Assembly (NCBI GenBank): GCA_951406725.2
Contig: OX597823.1
Span: forward strand, 19,840,001 to 19,904,000
Direction of reading: 5' to 3'
Source: Octopus vulgaris
Lineage: Eukaryota
DNA: 64,000 nt
Shown: positions 27,300 to 42,036 of the stretch, in pieces
How the letters are laid out: every line of letters starts with the position of its first letter
How positions within the stretch are numbered: position 1 is the stretch's first letter
The notes under the pieces: generated by a model
What the model was told of the DNA's origin: nothing
The model's database searches: none
What the model saw: only the letters and a program-made list of their open reading frames with translations
Program-made: the position numbers and the translations under genes

Positions 27300-28766
27300 T
27301 AGTTTTATATCAACTGTCTTATGTTTATGGTCGAATTTAAATTCTTTGGGAAGAGTGGAAACCAGAATGATTCGTTAGTTGAAGCTACTAATTTATTTAG
27401 GAAACAAATCCTCAAAAAACATAGGAATGGAATTTAGGTTTAAGTAGTGAGGCATTCTTATAATAAAAGAGAGAGAAGTTGGTATCGGAAGATGGGGTTG
27501 TGCTACCTGTTGGGGAAGTAATGATAGACATTGAGGGAAATGGATATAAGTACGCAGGAATTTTAGAAATCGTTGAGATCAAAGAGATTGGAATGAAGGA
27601 ACTATTTGGAAACACATACCATAGAACTTTAAATTGGTTTTAAAGACAAAGTTAAATGGAAGGCAGATGACATCTTTGATAAATACGTAGGCGATCAGAA
27701 GCGATACATGAAGCAGAGGTATTTAAATGAGACAAGGAAGAACTTTAGAAGCAGGATGCAAAGGAACTGCAAATAATGATGACTCATTGTATACTGCACC
27801 CGAAAAGTGACGCTCATAGACTTTCACTGCTCAGGAAAGATAGAGGAAGAGGTTGGATAAGTTATAAGGACGGTAAGAAGCGAAAATGAGAATCAAAGGT
27901 GGTTCATAGTTAATAGTTCAGAATCGTTGTTGTTTGGTGTAAAATGTGGTAGAGACTTCAGACTGTATTGATGCGGATGAATATGAGAATTGAAGAAAAG
28001 GTGACGAGGTGGAGTGAAAAAAATCACTATGCGTGCAGTTTGTTGGAGACGTGAGTAATATTTTGACGAGCAAGTGACGTGGAAATGAATACGAAAATCA
28101 AACGCAAATGTTAGAAGTGAAGCGTTATTTTGTGCTACACAGGAAAAGGCACACAGAACAGACTATGATAAAGATTTATTGATAGGTATGTCGAATCACA
28201 TTTATATGGAGTTTGTGGTATAAAAGGAGCAAACAATTCGAGGCACAGTAACCGAAATCAGTTAAAGTTGCATTAACAGGAAAAAGAAAAAAAAACAAAA
28301 AAAAACAGAAGTCACAACAATATAGTACGTATTCTTATTAGAAACTGTGTGAGGTGAAAGAGATAATGGATGGTACGAACATTAACCTAGTAAAGTTGAA
28401 GAAAACCAGGTAGTTAAGTGTGATTAGTTTATTGTGACAAGACCATACATTGTTAGGTCAACAAAAAGAATGACATCGCAAAATAATTGTTGTAGTTTTC
28501 CTAAGTGACGACAGAATGTGTGAAAATATATAAATAACGACTGAGAAATACTAAAATTTGTAAGAGTAAGTTTCAAAGGTGTTAAAAATGTCGAAATATT
28601 AACAGTAGGGGTGAGTACAATTACAAAGAGAAAAATATTGGAATCGATATCGAATATTGTATTAATAGGAACAATAAGAATTCTAAGGAAGTTGCTCGAA
28701 AATTGAGTTGATGCAAGACAACACAAGAGATGCCTGGTCGTTGTTATGGCCTGCTTCTTGGATTAT
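27300..28766 (+). pseudogene. Highly degraded R4/Dong-type LINE ORF (RT to RLE)
   Basis: Scattered motifs, e.g. GMEFRFK, YKYAGILE, LHPKSDAHRLSLLRKDRGRGW, ending IGTIRILRKLL; many stops and frameshifts. Confidence 0.65.
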
Positions 28767-28774
28767 GACGTGGT

Positions 28775-29537
28775 ACTCCGTCGGTTAAGACGACGAAGGT
28801 TCCAATTGATCCGGTCAACGGAACAGACTGCTCGTGAAATCAACGCGCAAGTGGTTGAGCACTCCAAATACATGTATACACTTAACGTAGTTCTCTTGGG
28901 AGATTCAGTGTGTTACAAAGTGTGACGAAGCTGGCCCTTTGAAATACAGGTACAGCAGAAACAGGAAGAAAGAGTGAGAGAAAGTTGTGATGAAAGAAGG
29001 CAGTGAGCTGGCAGAATCGTTAGCACGCCGGACAAAATGCTTAGCGGTATTTCGTCTGCCGTTACGTTCTGAGTTCAAATTCCGCCGAGGTCAACTTTGT
29101 CTTTCATCCTTTCGGGGTCGATTAAATCGACTTAATCCGTTTGTCTGTGTCCTTGTGTGTCCCCTCTGTGTTTAGCTCCTTGTGGGTAGTAAAGAAATAG
29201 GTATTTCGTCTGCCGCTACGTTCTGAGTTCAAATTCCGCCGAGGTCGACTTTGACTTTCATTCTTTCGGGGTCGATTAAATGAGTACCAGTTACGCACTG
29301 GGGTCGATGTAATCGACTTAATCCGTTTGTCTGTCCTTGTTTGTCTCCTCTGTGGGCAGTAAAGAAATAAGAAAGTTGTGGTGAAAGAGTACAGCAGGGT
29401 TCGCCACTACCCCAGCCAGAGCCTCGTGGAACTTTAGGTGTTTTCGCTCAATAAACACTCACGCCCGGTCTGAGAATCGAAACCGCGATCCTATGACCGC
29501 GAGTCCGCTGCCCTAACCACTGGGCCATTGCGCCTCC
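28775..29537 (-). mobile_element. SINE family B with TSD TCTTGGATTAT, interrupted by a family A insertion
   Basis: TCTTGGATTAT at ~28756 and ~29538. Confidence 0.85.
28998..29369 (+). mobile_element. SINE family A dimer nested in family B with 19-bp TSD
   Basis: AGAAAGTTGTG(A/G)TGAAAGA at 28979-28997 and 29370-29388. Confidence 0.88.
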
Positions 29538-29836
29538 TCTTGGATTATAAAAACAACATAAGATCTATCTACGCTGTTACAAGAACAAAAACAAAAGCAA
29601 CAGCAAAACAACAACAGCAGCAACAATAACAATTCTTTCTACTATAGGCACAGCAACTGGAATTTTTTGGGAGGGGTCTAGTCGATTACATCGATCCCAG
29701 TGCTTAACTAGTATTGATTTTATCGATAATGAAATGATGAACGGCTAAGTCGTCTTTGGCAGAATTTAGCGGAACAGTCGATTACACCGACTACAGTACT
29801 CAACTGGTACTTGATTTATCGACCCTGAAAGGATTT

Positions 29837-29897
<61 letters not shown>

Positions 29898-29899
<2 letters not shown>

Positions 29900-30452
29900 G
29901 CCCTGATGCAGTACCAGGCAGTGGCTCTCATGGCTTCTGATCTGAACTGATTGGAAGTGTTATCATGTACATTGTTTTGTCTTGGTATAAAAGATGCGCT
30001 ACAGCAAATATTCTGCTCAATACCACAGATTTACTTGTCAGTTGTTTGACCTTAACCAGTTGACCATGTGTCTTAGTGGCTGACGATATGTTCATCTCTG
30101 ATCATGAGCAGAAGTAGTGGGGGGACATCATAGCCTGTGTTGAGAGGGTTTCTTTGGGGTTTGAATAATTCACCTCTGGGAACATGGGTGTTTCGTTCAA
30201 CATCCATAAACAACCCTTATTCAGGGATCTTTTGAGCAGGATGGGTTACTTGACCTGAAGAAAATTCTAACTGAGCCCCACCTGCAAGGTCATGTGATGT
30301 TTATCTTGATATGAGATCACCATGTCGCGCACATATGGTTGTGATGCATATGCCTGGTGTACCCTTATCAGACGGGTAGTCATGACGGGTATACTGGGCT
30401 TCGTATATTTTACCCCAGTGTCACTTTGATGGCATGCACTGCTCTCTCACTC
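29898..30452. mobile_element. Unclassified ~555-bp insert flanked by (AAT)n on both sides, possibly Dong-mobilised
   Basis: Complex sequence sharply bounded by AAT arrays; no ORF recognised. Confidence 0.4.
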
Positions 30453-30476
30453 AATAATAATGATAATAATAGTAGT

Positions 30477-30524
<48 letters not shown>

Positions 30525-30699
30525 CTTTTCTGTTATAGATGAAAGACTTCAAAATCTTGGGGAACGGCTCGTTGATAATATTGACCCTAGTGCTCATGCT
30601 CAACTTGTTCTTATGTCATCGACCCCGAAATGATAAAAGGCAAAATCGACTTCACTTGAATTTGAACTCAGAACACAAGGACGGACAAAACGCTCCGTT

Positions 30700-30887
30700 C
30701 TCTATCTGCAAATAGTCCAGCTGACTGATCTCTTGAAAGCCTCGATCTCATATTTGCCGAAAGTTGAAGTGTTTTCACATGATGCCATAATAGAGAAGAC
30801 TTTATTGAAACACAAATAGTGCTGCTTCCTTTGAAACGTTCTGTTTCATTTTACGGGACAAATAAACACACAAACAGACAGAATCTC

Positions 30888-30945
<58 letters not shown>

Positions 30946-31007
30946 GGGACAAACAAACACACAAACAGAAAGAATATCTCTTTATATATATATATATATA
31001 TATAGAT
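30700..31007 (-). mobile_element. Helitron-like 5' end (A|TCTATATATATAAA...) with duplicated terminal segment
   Basis: GGGACAAA(T/C)AAACACACAAACAGA...CTCTTTTATATATA occurs twice, ending TATAGAT. Confidence 0.45.
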
Positions 31008-31402
31008 TAAGATATGTATACATATCTGTGTGTGTGTGTGTGTGTGAGTGTCTTTGAGTCTGTGTTTGTCCCCCACATCATCGCATGACGATCAATGTCG
31101 GTATGTTTACGTCCCTGTAACATAGCAGTTCGGTAAAAGAGACCGATAGAATAAGTAGTAGGCTTACAAAGACTAAGTCCTGGGGTCGATTTCTTCGACT
31201 AATACCTTTTAAGGCGGTGCTCCAGCATGGCTGCAGTCAAATCATTGAAACACGTAAAAGGATAAAAGAATATGCTGTTCATTTTCATCTTCTTTTATGA
31301 ATTTAGCTGTGCATTTCGATTTTACGCTTTGCTTTAGTTTTTTTAGTGCTTTGTCGAATAGCACGATTATGTGTGTGAGCAATTTTGGCTGTGAAAACGT
31401 AT

Positions 31403-31603
31403 TACTCTTTACTCTTTTACTTGTTTCAGTCATTTGACTGCGGCCATGCTGGAGCACCGCCTTTAGTCGAGCAAATCGACCCTGGGACTTATTCTTTGTA
31501 AGCCCAGTACTTATTCTATCGGTCTCTTTTGCCGAACCGCAAGGTGACGGGGACGTAAACACACCAGCATCGGTTGTCAAGCGATATTGGGGGGACAAAC
31601 ACA

Positions 31604-31649
<46 letters not shown>

Positions 31650-31829
31650 TTTATATACATATATACGACAGGCTTCTTTCAGTTTCCGTCTACCAAATCC
31701 ACTCACAAGACATTGGTCGGTCCGGGGCTGTAGCAGAAGACACTTGCCCAAGATGCCACGCAGTGGGACTGAACCCGGAACCATGTGGTTGGTTAGCAAG
31801 CTACTTACCACACAGCCACTCCTGCGCCT
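31403..31829 (-). mobile_element. SINE family C, full length
   Basis: Complete head to tail; a 3' fragment in opposite orientation lies at 31025-31265. Confidence 0.88.
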
Positions 31830-32427
31830 ATATTGTGAATAAATAAAATGCTTTTAGAAATTTGTGAAGAATACCTCTTTTATTCTCTCGTCTACCTCAA
31901 GTATCGAGAGAAGCTTCTTCTTCAGGCAATTATAATTCTTTTTATAAGGACTATAAGGAAGATTTCCTTAGGTGATGTTTGAGTAAAAAGTTCTTCGAAG
32001 CGAGAAGCAACAATAACGTGTTTACACACGAAAGTCAAATATAATAATAATGATGGTATCAAATTTTAGCACGAGGGCCGCAGTTTGGGGGGGGGGGAGA
32101 CGGAAACGTCGATTACATCGACCCCTGCGTTCAAATGGTACTTATTTTATCGCTCTCAAACGGATGAAAGGCAAAACGAATTCGGTAGAATTTGAGCTCA
32201 GAACACGAAGACGGACGAAATGCCGCTAAACATTTTGTCCGCGCGAACAGCAGCAGCAGCAGCAGCAGCAACGGCAGCAACAACAACAACAATAATTCTA
32301 TTTTTAGTAACAACACACATAAAATACAATAATAATTTTGTAAAAGGCTAGCATAATGCTGGGGGTGTTCATTTACAACAAACAACCGGATTAAGTACGA
32401 CAGATTTAGAAAAATCTAATATATACA

Positions 32428-32943
32428 AAATATATTTGCCAACTAAATGTGGTGGTCCCATAGAGGACGATATTACTGTTATTTTTAGCCCCAGGAAGAC
32501 ATCTCCTCCAGCTGACTAACGACACACTGTCTGAGTCCGATTAGTATTTGTGAGGGGAGGTTATCGTTCCCATCGTTCCCATACACACAGATCTGTGTTT
32601 CTGAATATTTATGCGTCTTCAGTGTGTAATAATCATCGGCTAGCGATGAAAACTCGGTCCACCCGCAAAATATTATTTGCTTTTTCCAGGGACAAATTGT
32701 CGCTGGTCTCGAAAAAGGAGAAATAAGCTATATTAAATCTCTGAGCGAGAAATAAACAGTAACAGTACGGAATCGTAAAATATATAATCGGACACAGTGT
32801 GTCGTTAGCCAGCTGGGGGAGATGTCTTCCTGGAGCTAAAAACAACAGTAACCTTGTCCTCTATAGGACCGCCACATTTAGGCAAATATATTTTACGATT
32901 CCGTACTGTTACTGTTTACCTCTCGCTCAGAGGTTTAATATAG
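32428..32943. mobile_element. Rearranged foldback/MITE with interleaved inverted repeats
   Basis: 32428-32541 pairs with 32786-32894; 32728-32785 pairs with 32887-32943. Confidence 0.75.
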
Positions 32944-33604
32944 ATAATATACAAAAAATTATATAAAAATATGTATACTCTTTTACTATTTTACTTTTTT
33001 CAATCATTTGACTGTGGCCATGCTGGAGCACCACCTTTAGTCGAGCAAATCGACCCCAGGACTTATTTTTTGTAAGCCTAGTACATATTCTATCGGTCTT
33101 TTTTTGCCGAACCGCTAAGTTACGGGGACGTAAACACACCAGCATCGGTTGTCAAGCGAAGGCCAGGGTACCCATAAAACCAACCTCTTTCTTTCCGGGT
33201 ACTTGCCGTCCCCCGACTGCACACTTCAGAGGGAATTGAACTATTAGCTTTCTTATACGTCTTATACGCTTGCACCCATCTTTTAGCAAATTTTCTTGAG
33301 AGCAGCGCCCCCCCTCTCTCCAGCTTTACGGTCTACTTTAAGTGGCACTTTGAAGAAGCTGACGAGGGTTTCGTCGAGGATAGAGATCCGACTACAGCTA
33401 TAACAGTCACGACTGCTACACAACAATTTTTTATCATAGCCACCGTAAACAGTGTGGGTGAGGTGGACTTTATGAGGAATGCAGCCAATAACTGGATCTC
33501 CCCTACTCGCTATAAATAGTTTTTCAACATGGCTCTACGTGCCGTTGACTATCGGTTACGAACGAATGGGTAAGGAACGGTTTCACCGCATCGCTCTCTC
33601 CATT

Positions 33605-33850
33605 TGTTCAATTCAATTCAATTCAATTTTTATTGGCTCAAAAAGCAAAAGCAAGGCCATGTAGGGGGACAGAGAGTTATGTACATGGAAGGTGGTCATA
33701 CAAAGAGTTCAGGCCATTTTTGGTCAAGAGAGACTTTGAACCGAGCGGTCGTCGGCATCGTAGGCCTCAACAAAACCGAAAGCGCATTTCCGTTGCCTTG
33801 ATAGGCGAAGGGCTTTCGTATTTATCCCGCAATTCCCGATCTGAATTTTT
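33605..33850 (-). mobile_element. 3' end of a LINE-like element with AATAAA and (ATTGA)n tail
   Basis: Reverse complement ends ...GAGCCAATAAAAATTGAATTGAATTGAATTGAA. Confidence 0.45.
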
Positions 33851-34099
33851 CAAAAAAAAATAAATAAATAAATAAATGATTTCTAGCATAGACTACATAA
33901 GGCTACAGTTTTGGAGGGGGGAGGGTTTGTGCGATTATATCAAGCTCGGTATGTGACAGGTACATTTTTTTTTTTTTATCGACTCTTAGAATTTATAATG
34001 TAAAATGGCTGTAACTAAATACGTAGTAGATTTTGTCCGGCCATTCAAGAATTTATACCATCCACCGCCCTTTTAAAAACACCAAAACAAAAACAAAAC

Positions 34100-34758
<659 letters not shown>

Positions 34759-35273
34759 GGCGACAACTGGGTGGACAGTTATTTGAGCGATTTGATGTGG
34801 TTAGAGGTGTGTACTTTAGGAGGCTAGTAACATGATTTCGTTTAGATAACAACCGATGTTTATTAAAGTGGAAGGCAAAGCAATAACAAGTGTCAACATT
34901 TCGCTTCATGTTTGTTCTGTCGAAGCTTCTAGAAAATATTCCTAGAATTTTGCAAAAATTTTCACGGTTGCAATGTTAAAAGCAGCTGCTTCTTTCCCTG
35001 TATTTGCATTATTTTCTTCTCTCTCTCTCTCTCTCCACCACACCCTTCTTTCTCTCTCTCTCTCTCTCTCTCCTTCTCTCGTTCTCTCTCACCCTCTCTT
35101 TCGCTTTCTGTCACTTTCTCTATGTCTCTCTCTCTCTCTCGCCTTCCCTTTCTATAATTCATTTCTGTTTCTCTTCATCTCGCATCCTTTTCAACTCACA
35201 AATACGCTCACGTATGCACACACACACACACACACACACACATGCAAATGTATAATCATATAATCACGCATGC

Positions 35274-35337
<64 letters not shown>

Positions 35338-35635
35338 ATATATATATATGTATAGAAAAATGCACAACGCACACACACTATATATATATATGCATAAGTA
35401 TTAATGAGTGCGTTTGTAAATATAAATTTAATGTATGCGTGTGTGTGTGTGGTGTCTATACATACATACATACATACATGCATACATACATACATACATA
35501 CATGCATACATACATACATACATATATATATATACATACATGCATACATACAAACATGCATACATACAAACATACATACATACATACATACATACATACA
35601 TACATACATACATACATACATACACACATCGTGTT

Positions 35636-36335
35636 ACTCCGTCGGTTACGACGAAGAGGGTTCCAGTTGATCCGATCAACAGAAACAGCTTGCTCGTGAA
35701 ATTAACGTGCAAGTGGCTGAGCACTCCACAGACATGTGTACCCCTTAACGTAGTTCTCAGGGAGATTCAGCGTGACACAGAGTATGACGCGGCTGGCCCC
35801 TTGAAATACAGGTACAACAGAAACAGGAAGATAGAGTGAGAGAAAATTGTGGTGAAAGAGTACAGCAGGGTTCGCCACCAGTCCCTGCCAGAGACTCGAG
35901 GCGCTTTAGTTGCTTTCGCTCAATAAACGCTCACAACGCCCGGTCTGAGAATCGAAACCGCGATCCTACGACCTCGTATCAGCTGCCCTAACCACTGGGC
36001 CATTGCACCTCCACTTAAAGGGGAACTCCGTCTGGTCGGTTACGACGACGAGGGTCCCAGCTGATAGGATCAACGGAACAGACTGCTCATGAAATTAACG
36101 TGCAAGTGGCTGAGCACTCCACAGACATGTGTACCCCTTAACGTAGTTCTCAGGGAGATTCAGCGTGACACAGAGTGTGACGCGGCCGGCCCTCTGAAAT
36201 ACAGGTACAACTAATTTTTACAAGCTGAATGGACTGGAGCAACGTGAGAGTATACAATGCGTCGCCTTGAATTGAACTCATGACCTTATGATAGTGAGAC
36301 GATCGTAAGCAACTAACCAAGAAGCCACGCGCCTT
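35636..36335 (-). mobile_element. Two adjacent SINEs: family B (35636-36012) and a variant with D-like head and B tail (36025-36335)
   Basis: Shared tail sequence; different 5' halves. Confidence 0.8.
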
Positions 36336-36509
36336 CACCCATACACACATACATACACACATACACACATACATACACACATACACACATACATACACAC
36401 ATATATACATACATACACACACACATACATGCATATATAGATACACACAAACACATACACACATACATACTCACATGCATACATACACACACACATACGT
36501 ACACATACA

Positions 36510-36746
36510 TTCTTTTTATTCTTTTACTTGTTTCAGTCATTCGACTGCGGCCATGCTGGAGCACCGCCTTTAGTCGAACTAATCGACCCCTGGCTTACTC
36601 TTTGTTAAGCCTAGTACTTATTGTATCGGTGTCCCTTGGCGAACCGCCAAGTAAGCACACCAACATCGGTTGTCAAGCGATGGTGGTGGTGGTGGGAAGG
36701 ACAAACACAGAGACGCAAACATATACATATATATATATATATATAT

Positions 36747-36790
<44 letters not shown>

Positions 36791-36953
36791 CACGACGAGC
36801 TTCTTTCAGTTTCCGTCTACCGAATCCACTCACAAGGCTTTGGTCGGCCCGAGTCTTTGGCAGAAGACACTTGCCCAAGGTGCCACGCAGGACTGAACCC
36901 GGAATCATATGGTTGGGGTGTAAACTACTTACCACACACCAACTCCTGCTCCT
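36510..36953 (-). mobile_element. SINE family C
   Basis: Similar to 31403-31829. Confidence 0.85.
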
Positions 36954-37108
36954 ATATGTAAAATATAAGTATTTATGAGAGCGTTTGTAAATATATGTTT
37001 GAATGTATTTGTGTGTGTGGTATCTATACATACATACATGCATACATACATACATACATACATACATGCATACATATATACATACACACATTCACACACA
37101 CACATATA

Positions 37109-37169
<61 letters not shown>

Positions 37170-38095
37170 GCACACACACTCACATGTATACATAGCTTCC
37201 AAATATAATGCTGGTCGTGATGATGGTAATGACGGCGATGACACTCGAGTTAGTAGTAATAGTTTCGTAGCCATAATTCAAAAACTAGTGATTGCATGTC
37301 CTACATTGTAAACCATACATTAAGCCGCCATTTTGTTTGGGCGTGGATGTTAAAAAAACTATTTTCACATTCCCTCAACAACAATAGCGCATACCATCGG
37401 AAGATAATTGCCTGATTTATTTTAATTAACTTAATTAATCCTTTTATCTCATTTTGTTTACGTATTATTTATCAATGAAAAGGCAGCGAGCTGGTGGAGA
37501 CCTGAACCTCGTCGGACAAAATGCTTAGCGACATTTCTTGCGGGTCTTCGCGTTCTGGGTTCGAATTCTGCCGAGGTTGACTTTGACTTTCATTCTTTCG
37601 GGGTCGATAAAGTAAGTACCAATCGAGTATTAGGATCAATGTAATCGACTAGCCCTTCCGCATAATTTCAGACCTTCTACGATGGAACCGTCGCCCTTCA
37701 TTTCGGTTTTGATAACATATAATACCAATGGAGAGCAATGGATTCATGGAATTATTCAATCCCATTGAATGAAGTGCCTCGTAGTATTTTATCGAGTTCT
37801 CCGAGTTCCGAATTCTTGGGTAGAATACTTAACCAATCACCCGGTTCAACAGCACCATCTGGTCCTCTATCACAGAAAATACGGACTAAACATCGTTATA
37901 ACTGATCATTTAAAAAAAAAAGGTTGTGAAGGTCTCGAAATGTCATGCCAATAGATTTAGGAACGTGATTCTTCCACGACAACATATAAAGCATAAATAA
38001 GGAAAAAGGAAATGTCCTTTATTAAATGCGATCGAACTTGGACATAGTCATGCTTTTAATAGGACATGCTTTAAAGAAGAGCTGTTCACTGTGTA

Positions 38096-38165
<70 letters not shown>

Positions 38166-38245
38166 CCAAATATTTTCCCGTACTCGTTTAGCAAAGAAGA
38201 AAACTGACTGATATAGTTGAGCACTGCAGTTACTAACTGACTCAC

Positions 38246-38309
<64 letters not shown>

Positions 38310-38612
38310 GAGAGAAAGAAAGAGAGAGAAAGAGAAAAGAGGAAGAGAGAGAAACGGAGAGAGATAAAGAGATAGAAAGAGAAAGAGAGGAAGAGAGAGG
38401 GAGTAAAAAGGGAGAGAGAATGAGAGAGAGGGAGAGAGAGAGGGAGAGAGAGAGGGAGAGAGAAATGAATATAAAATCTACTATGAACAACCGGCACTGG
38501 TCTTACTCTTTACTTCTTAAACATATGCATGAAAATTTATTTAGAATAGAAAAAATGCAAAATAAGAAAAAGAAAGCCATGTCTTAGTACTTAAGTAAAC
38601 ATGTATGTGCGC

Positions 38613-39140
<528 letters not shown>

Positions 39141-39945
39141 TTAAAAAAGTACATAGATACACAGAGAGCAAGTGAGAGAGTGAAAGAGAGACAGGCAAAT
39201 TTAGAAAATATTCCACAACTGCAAATACACATTTCTTGCCCTATTTAAAAACTTAAGACATAGTATATTGTTTTGCATTTTTTATTTTTTTTTTTTTAGG
39301 ATTTCTTTTTTTGCTTTGCTTTATTTGATTACAAATTAAAGAGAAAACCATTTAAGAAACCCGATAATTAGAATACTATTTTCTAAAGCGCGTCAAATTG
39401 AAATTCACAGCGTCTCGTTGTGTTAATTACAAAGAGCTTTGCTGTAATTGGTCTCATATTTAAAATTCATAAACTGTCGTCAAACAAACATCAATATAGA
39501 AGGAAAAAGAAAATGAATGCTTGCACTTATTAAGTGGTATTTTTGTGGGGGTAAGTTTTAGAAAATAACATGTTTTACGTGATCTGTGATTGAGATTTTC
39601 AGACCACACTGAATATTACTGTCTGAGATAAACTGATGTTATTAAACCTTAGGTTTGTCTGATAAAATGTATTCCGGCGTTGACCAGCCAGTTGTACTTT
39701 TTTTATCTTCGCTCATAGTTTCTATTTCTTTATTACCCACAGGGGGCTAAACACAGAGGGGACAAACAAGGACAGACATAGGTATTAAGTCGATTACATC
39801 GACCCCAGTGCGTAACTGGTACTTAATTTATCGACCCCGAAAGGATGAAAGGCAAAGTCATATACATATTTATATATAGAACACACACACACACACACAC
39901 ATACATTAGTTTCGTCATGACTACATTATCTAATGCAATAGTTCT

Positions 39946-40386
39946 GAGCTGGCAGAAACGTTAGCACGCCGGGCGAAATGCGTAGCCGTATTTCGTCTGT
40001 CGTTACGTTCTGAGTTCAAATTCCGCCGAGGTCGACTTTGCCTTTTCATCCTTTCGGGGTCGATTAAATAAGTACCAGTTACGCACTGGGGTCGATATAA
40101 TCGACTTAATCCGTTTGTCTGTCCTTGTTTGTCCCCTCTGTATTTAGCCCCTTGTGGCAGTAAAGAAATAAGAAACGTTAGCACGCTGGGCGAAATGCGT
40201 AGCCGTATTTCGTCTGTCGTTACGTTCTGAGTTCAAATTCCGCCGAGGTCGACTTTGCCTTTCATCCTTTCGGGGTCGATTAAATATGTACCAGTTACGC
40301 ACTGGGGTCGATGTAATCGACTTAATCTGTTTGTCCTTGTTTGTCCTCTCTCTGTTTAGCCCCTTGTGGGTAGTAAAGAAATAGGT
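39946..40386 (+). mobile_element. SINE family A dimer; an inverted 3' fragment lies at 39720-39860
   Basis: Two tandem units starting AGAAACGTTAGCACGC. Confidence 0.85.
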
Positions 40387-40563
40387 TCTTTATCTTTTTC
40401 TGTAGTACCCCCACCTCTTAAGTAGCTGTTATGCCTGGTGCCCACCCAAGAGAAGTATCACGACTAAACTAACTTAACACGGACAATAATTTATAAACTT
40501 CTCTCTAAAAACAGACTGTATAAGCTTTTAACAGCGAAATGATAAATTAATACAGACAACAAT

Positions 40564-40865
40564 TACTCTTTTACTTATTTCAGTAATTTGACTGTGGCTA
40601 AGTTACGGGGACGTAAACACACCAGCATCGGTTGTCAAACGATGTTGGGGAGACAAACACAGACACACAAACATATACACACACACATACATATATATAC
40701 ATATATACGACGTGCTTCTTTCAGTTTCCGTCTACCAAATCCACTCACAAGGCTTTGGTCGGCCCGAGGCTATAGTAGAAGACACTTGCCTAAGGTACCA
40801 CGCAGTGGGACTGAACCCGGAACCATGTGGTTGGTAAGCAAGCTACTTACCACACAGCCACTCCT
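40564..40865 (-). mobile_element. SINE family C with internal deletion
   Basis: Tail joins directly to CTAAGTTACGGGGACG. Confidence 0.8.
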
Positions 40866-41103
40866 TTGTAAATTTTCTTTATATATTGCAAGTTAAGGAC
40901 TTTCCTATGCCTGATGAGATCTGATTTTTTTTTAATAACCATTACTGGTTTTACCACCTATAATTTAATAACTACTACAGGTGAAATTTTGTATATTAAG
41001 TTACCTTACCGCCTTTCTCATCGCTCCCTTTATCCTGACGCTCACATCGATATGCTCAGCGCCACCTTGAGGGCGGTACAGCCTACGTTGAGAACCTCTG
41101 ATC

Positions 41104-41697
41104 TACAAGAAGGTGCTGAAAAGTTCCTTCCTTTAAGAGTAGGAGGCCCAACCTTTCGAGAACTTTTAGAGGGCTCAGAAAATGTGAAGGACCTCTGCAA
41201 TAAGTGTATGAATCTGAGAGGGAAATATCTTTATATATAAAAGTGAAGTTGTGTGTCTGTCTACTCCGATTTAGATTCCTAACTACTTCCACATTTTGCG
41301 ATGCAGTTTAACCAAAACCGGGTATCTTATAGTCGTGATTCATATCGAGCCCTTCTGGGTATTAGCGCGCGTCTACGATGAGTCTACGATTTTAAAAATA
41401 ATTTAACATAATCTTTTTCCATTTTAACGCATATTTTTTAAATAAAATAAGTAACTCTCTAAAAATGTCTACGATGAGTCAACGATTTAAAAAAAAATTT
41501 ACCATAATTTTTTTTCCATTTTTAATGCATTTTTTGCTATTTTTTGGCTATAACTCTCTAAAAATGCTTTATAGTTATTTCCCTTACAAACCCGAGCAAC
41601 GCCGGGCGATACTGCTAGTGTTGAATAAAATCATAATTAACTGATCCTCCTGTATTTTCTTTTACCCAAAGCCAGGAATTTTTCAGCACCTTTTGTA
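41104..41697 (+). mobile_element. mariner-derived MITE carrying a nested Helitron
   Basis: TIRs TACAAGAAGGTGCTGAAAAGTTCC and GGAATTTTTCAGCACCTTTTGTA with TA ends. Removing the Helitron restores ...NKCMNLRGKYVE*, a typical mariner transposase C-terminus. Confidence 0.8.
41228..41618 (+). mobile_element. Non-autonomous Helitron (about 390 bp)
   Basis: Inserted between A and T with no TSD; 5' TC, 3' CTAG, subterminal hairpin CCCGAGCAACGCCGGG. Second copy at 58499-58886. Confidence 0.88.
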
Positions 41698-42036
41698 CTG
41701 TTTCTAGATGATGTGTATCGTGGCAGAAATCTTTAGACCGACAGTAGATGAAGAATAAAAGAATCTTTAAAAATTTCACTACTTTTTCTAACAAGTTGAA
41801 CATCGATATAGGGTTGGTACGATGACCTTTTACGGAAAGAATTTTTGTTGAACGACATTTCACTGCACAATGTTTTATCGAAAAAACAGCGTTTTATCTA
41901 GCGTTTGTTTATTTGCCGAATGATTTTTCATGCAATAGTTTTGTAACTATATTATTTTGTAGAATAATTTTATCTATTGAACTATTTTAAATAGAGAATA
42001 ATTTCACAGAAATAGTGCAGATTGTTGTTAGTAGGT

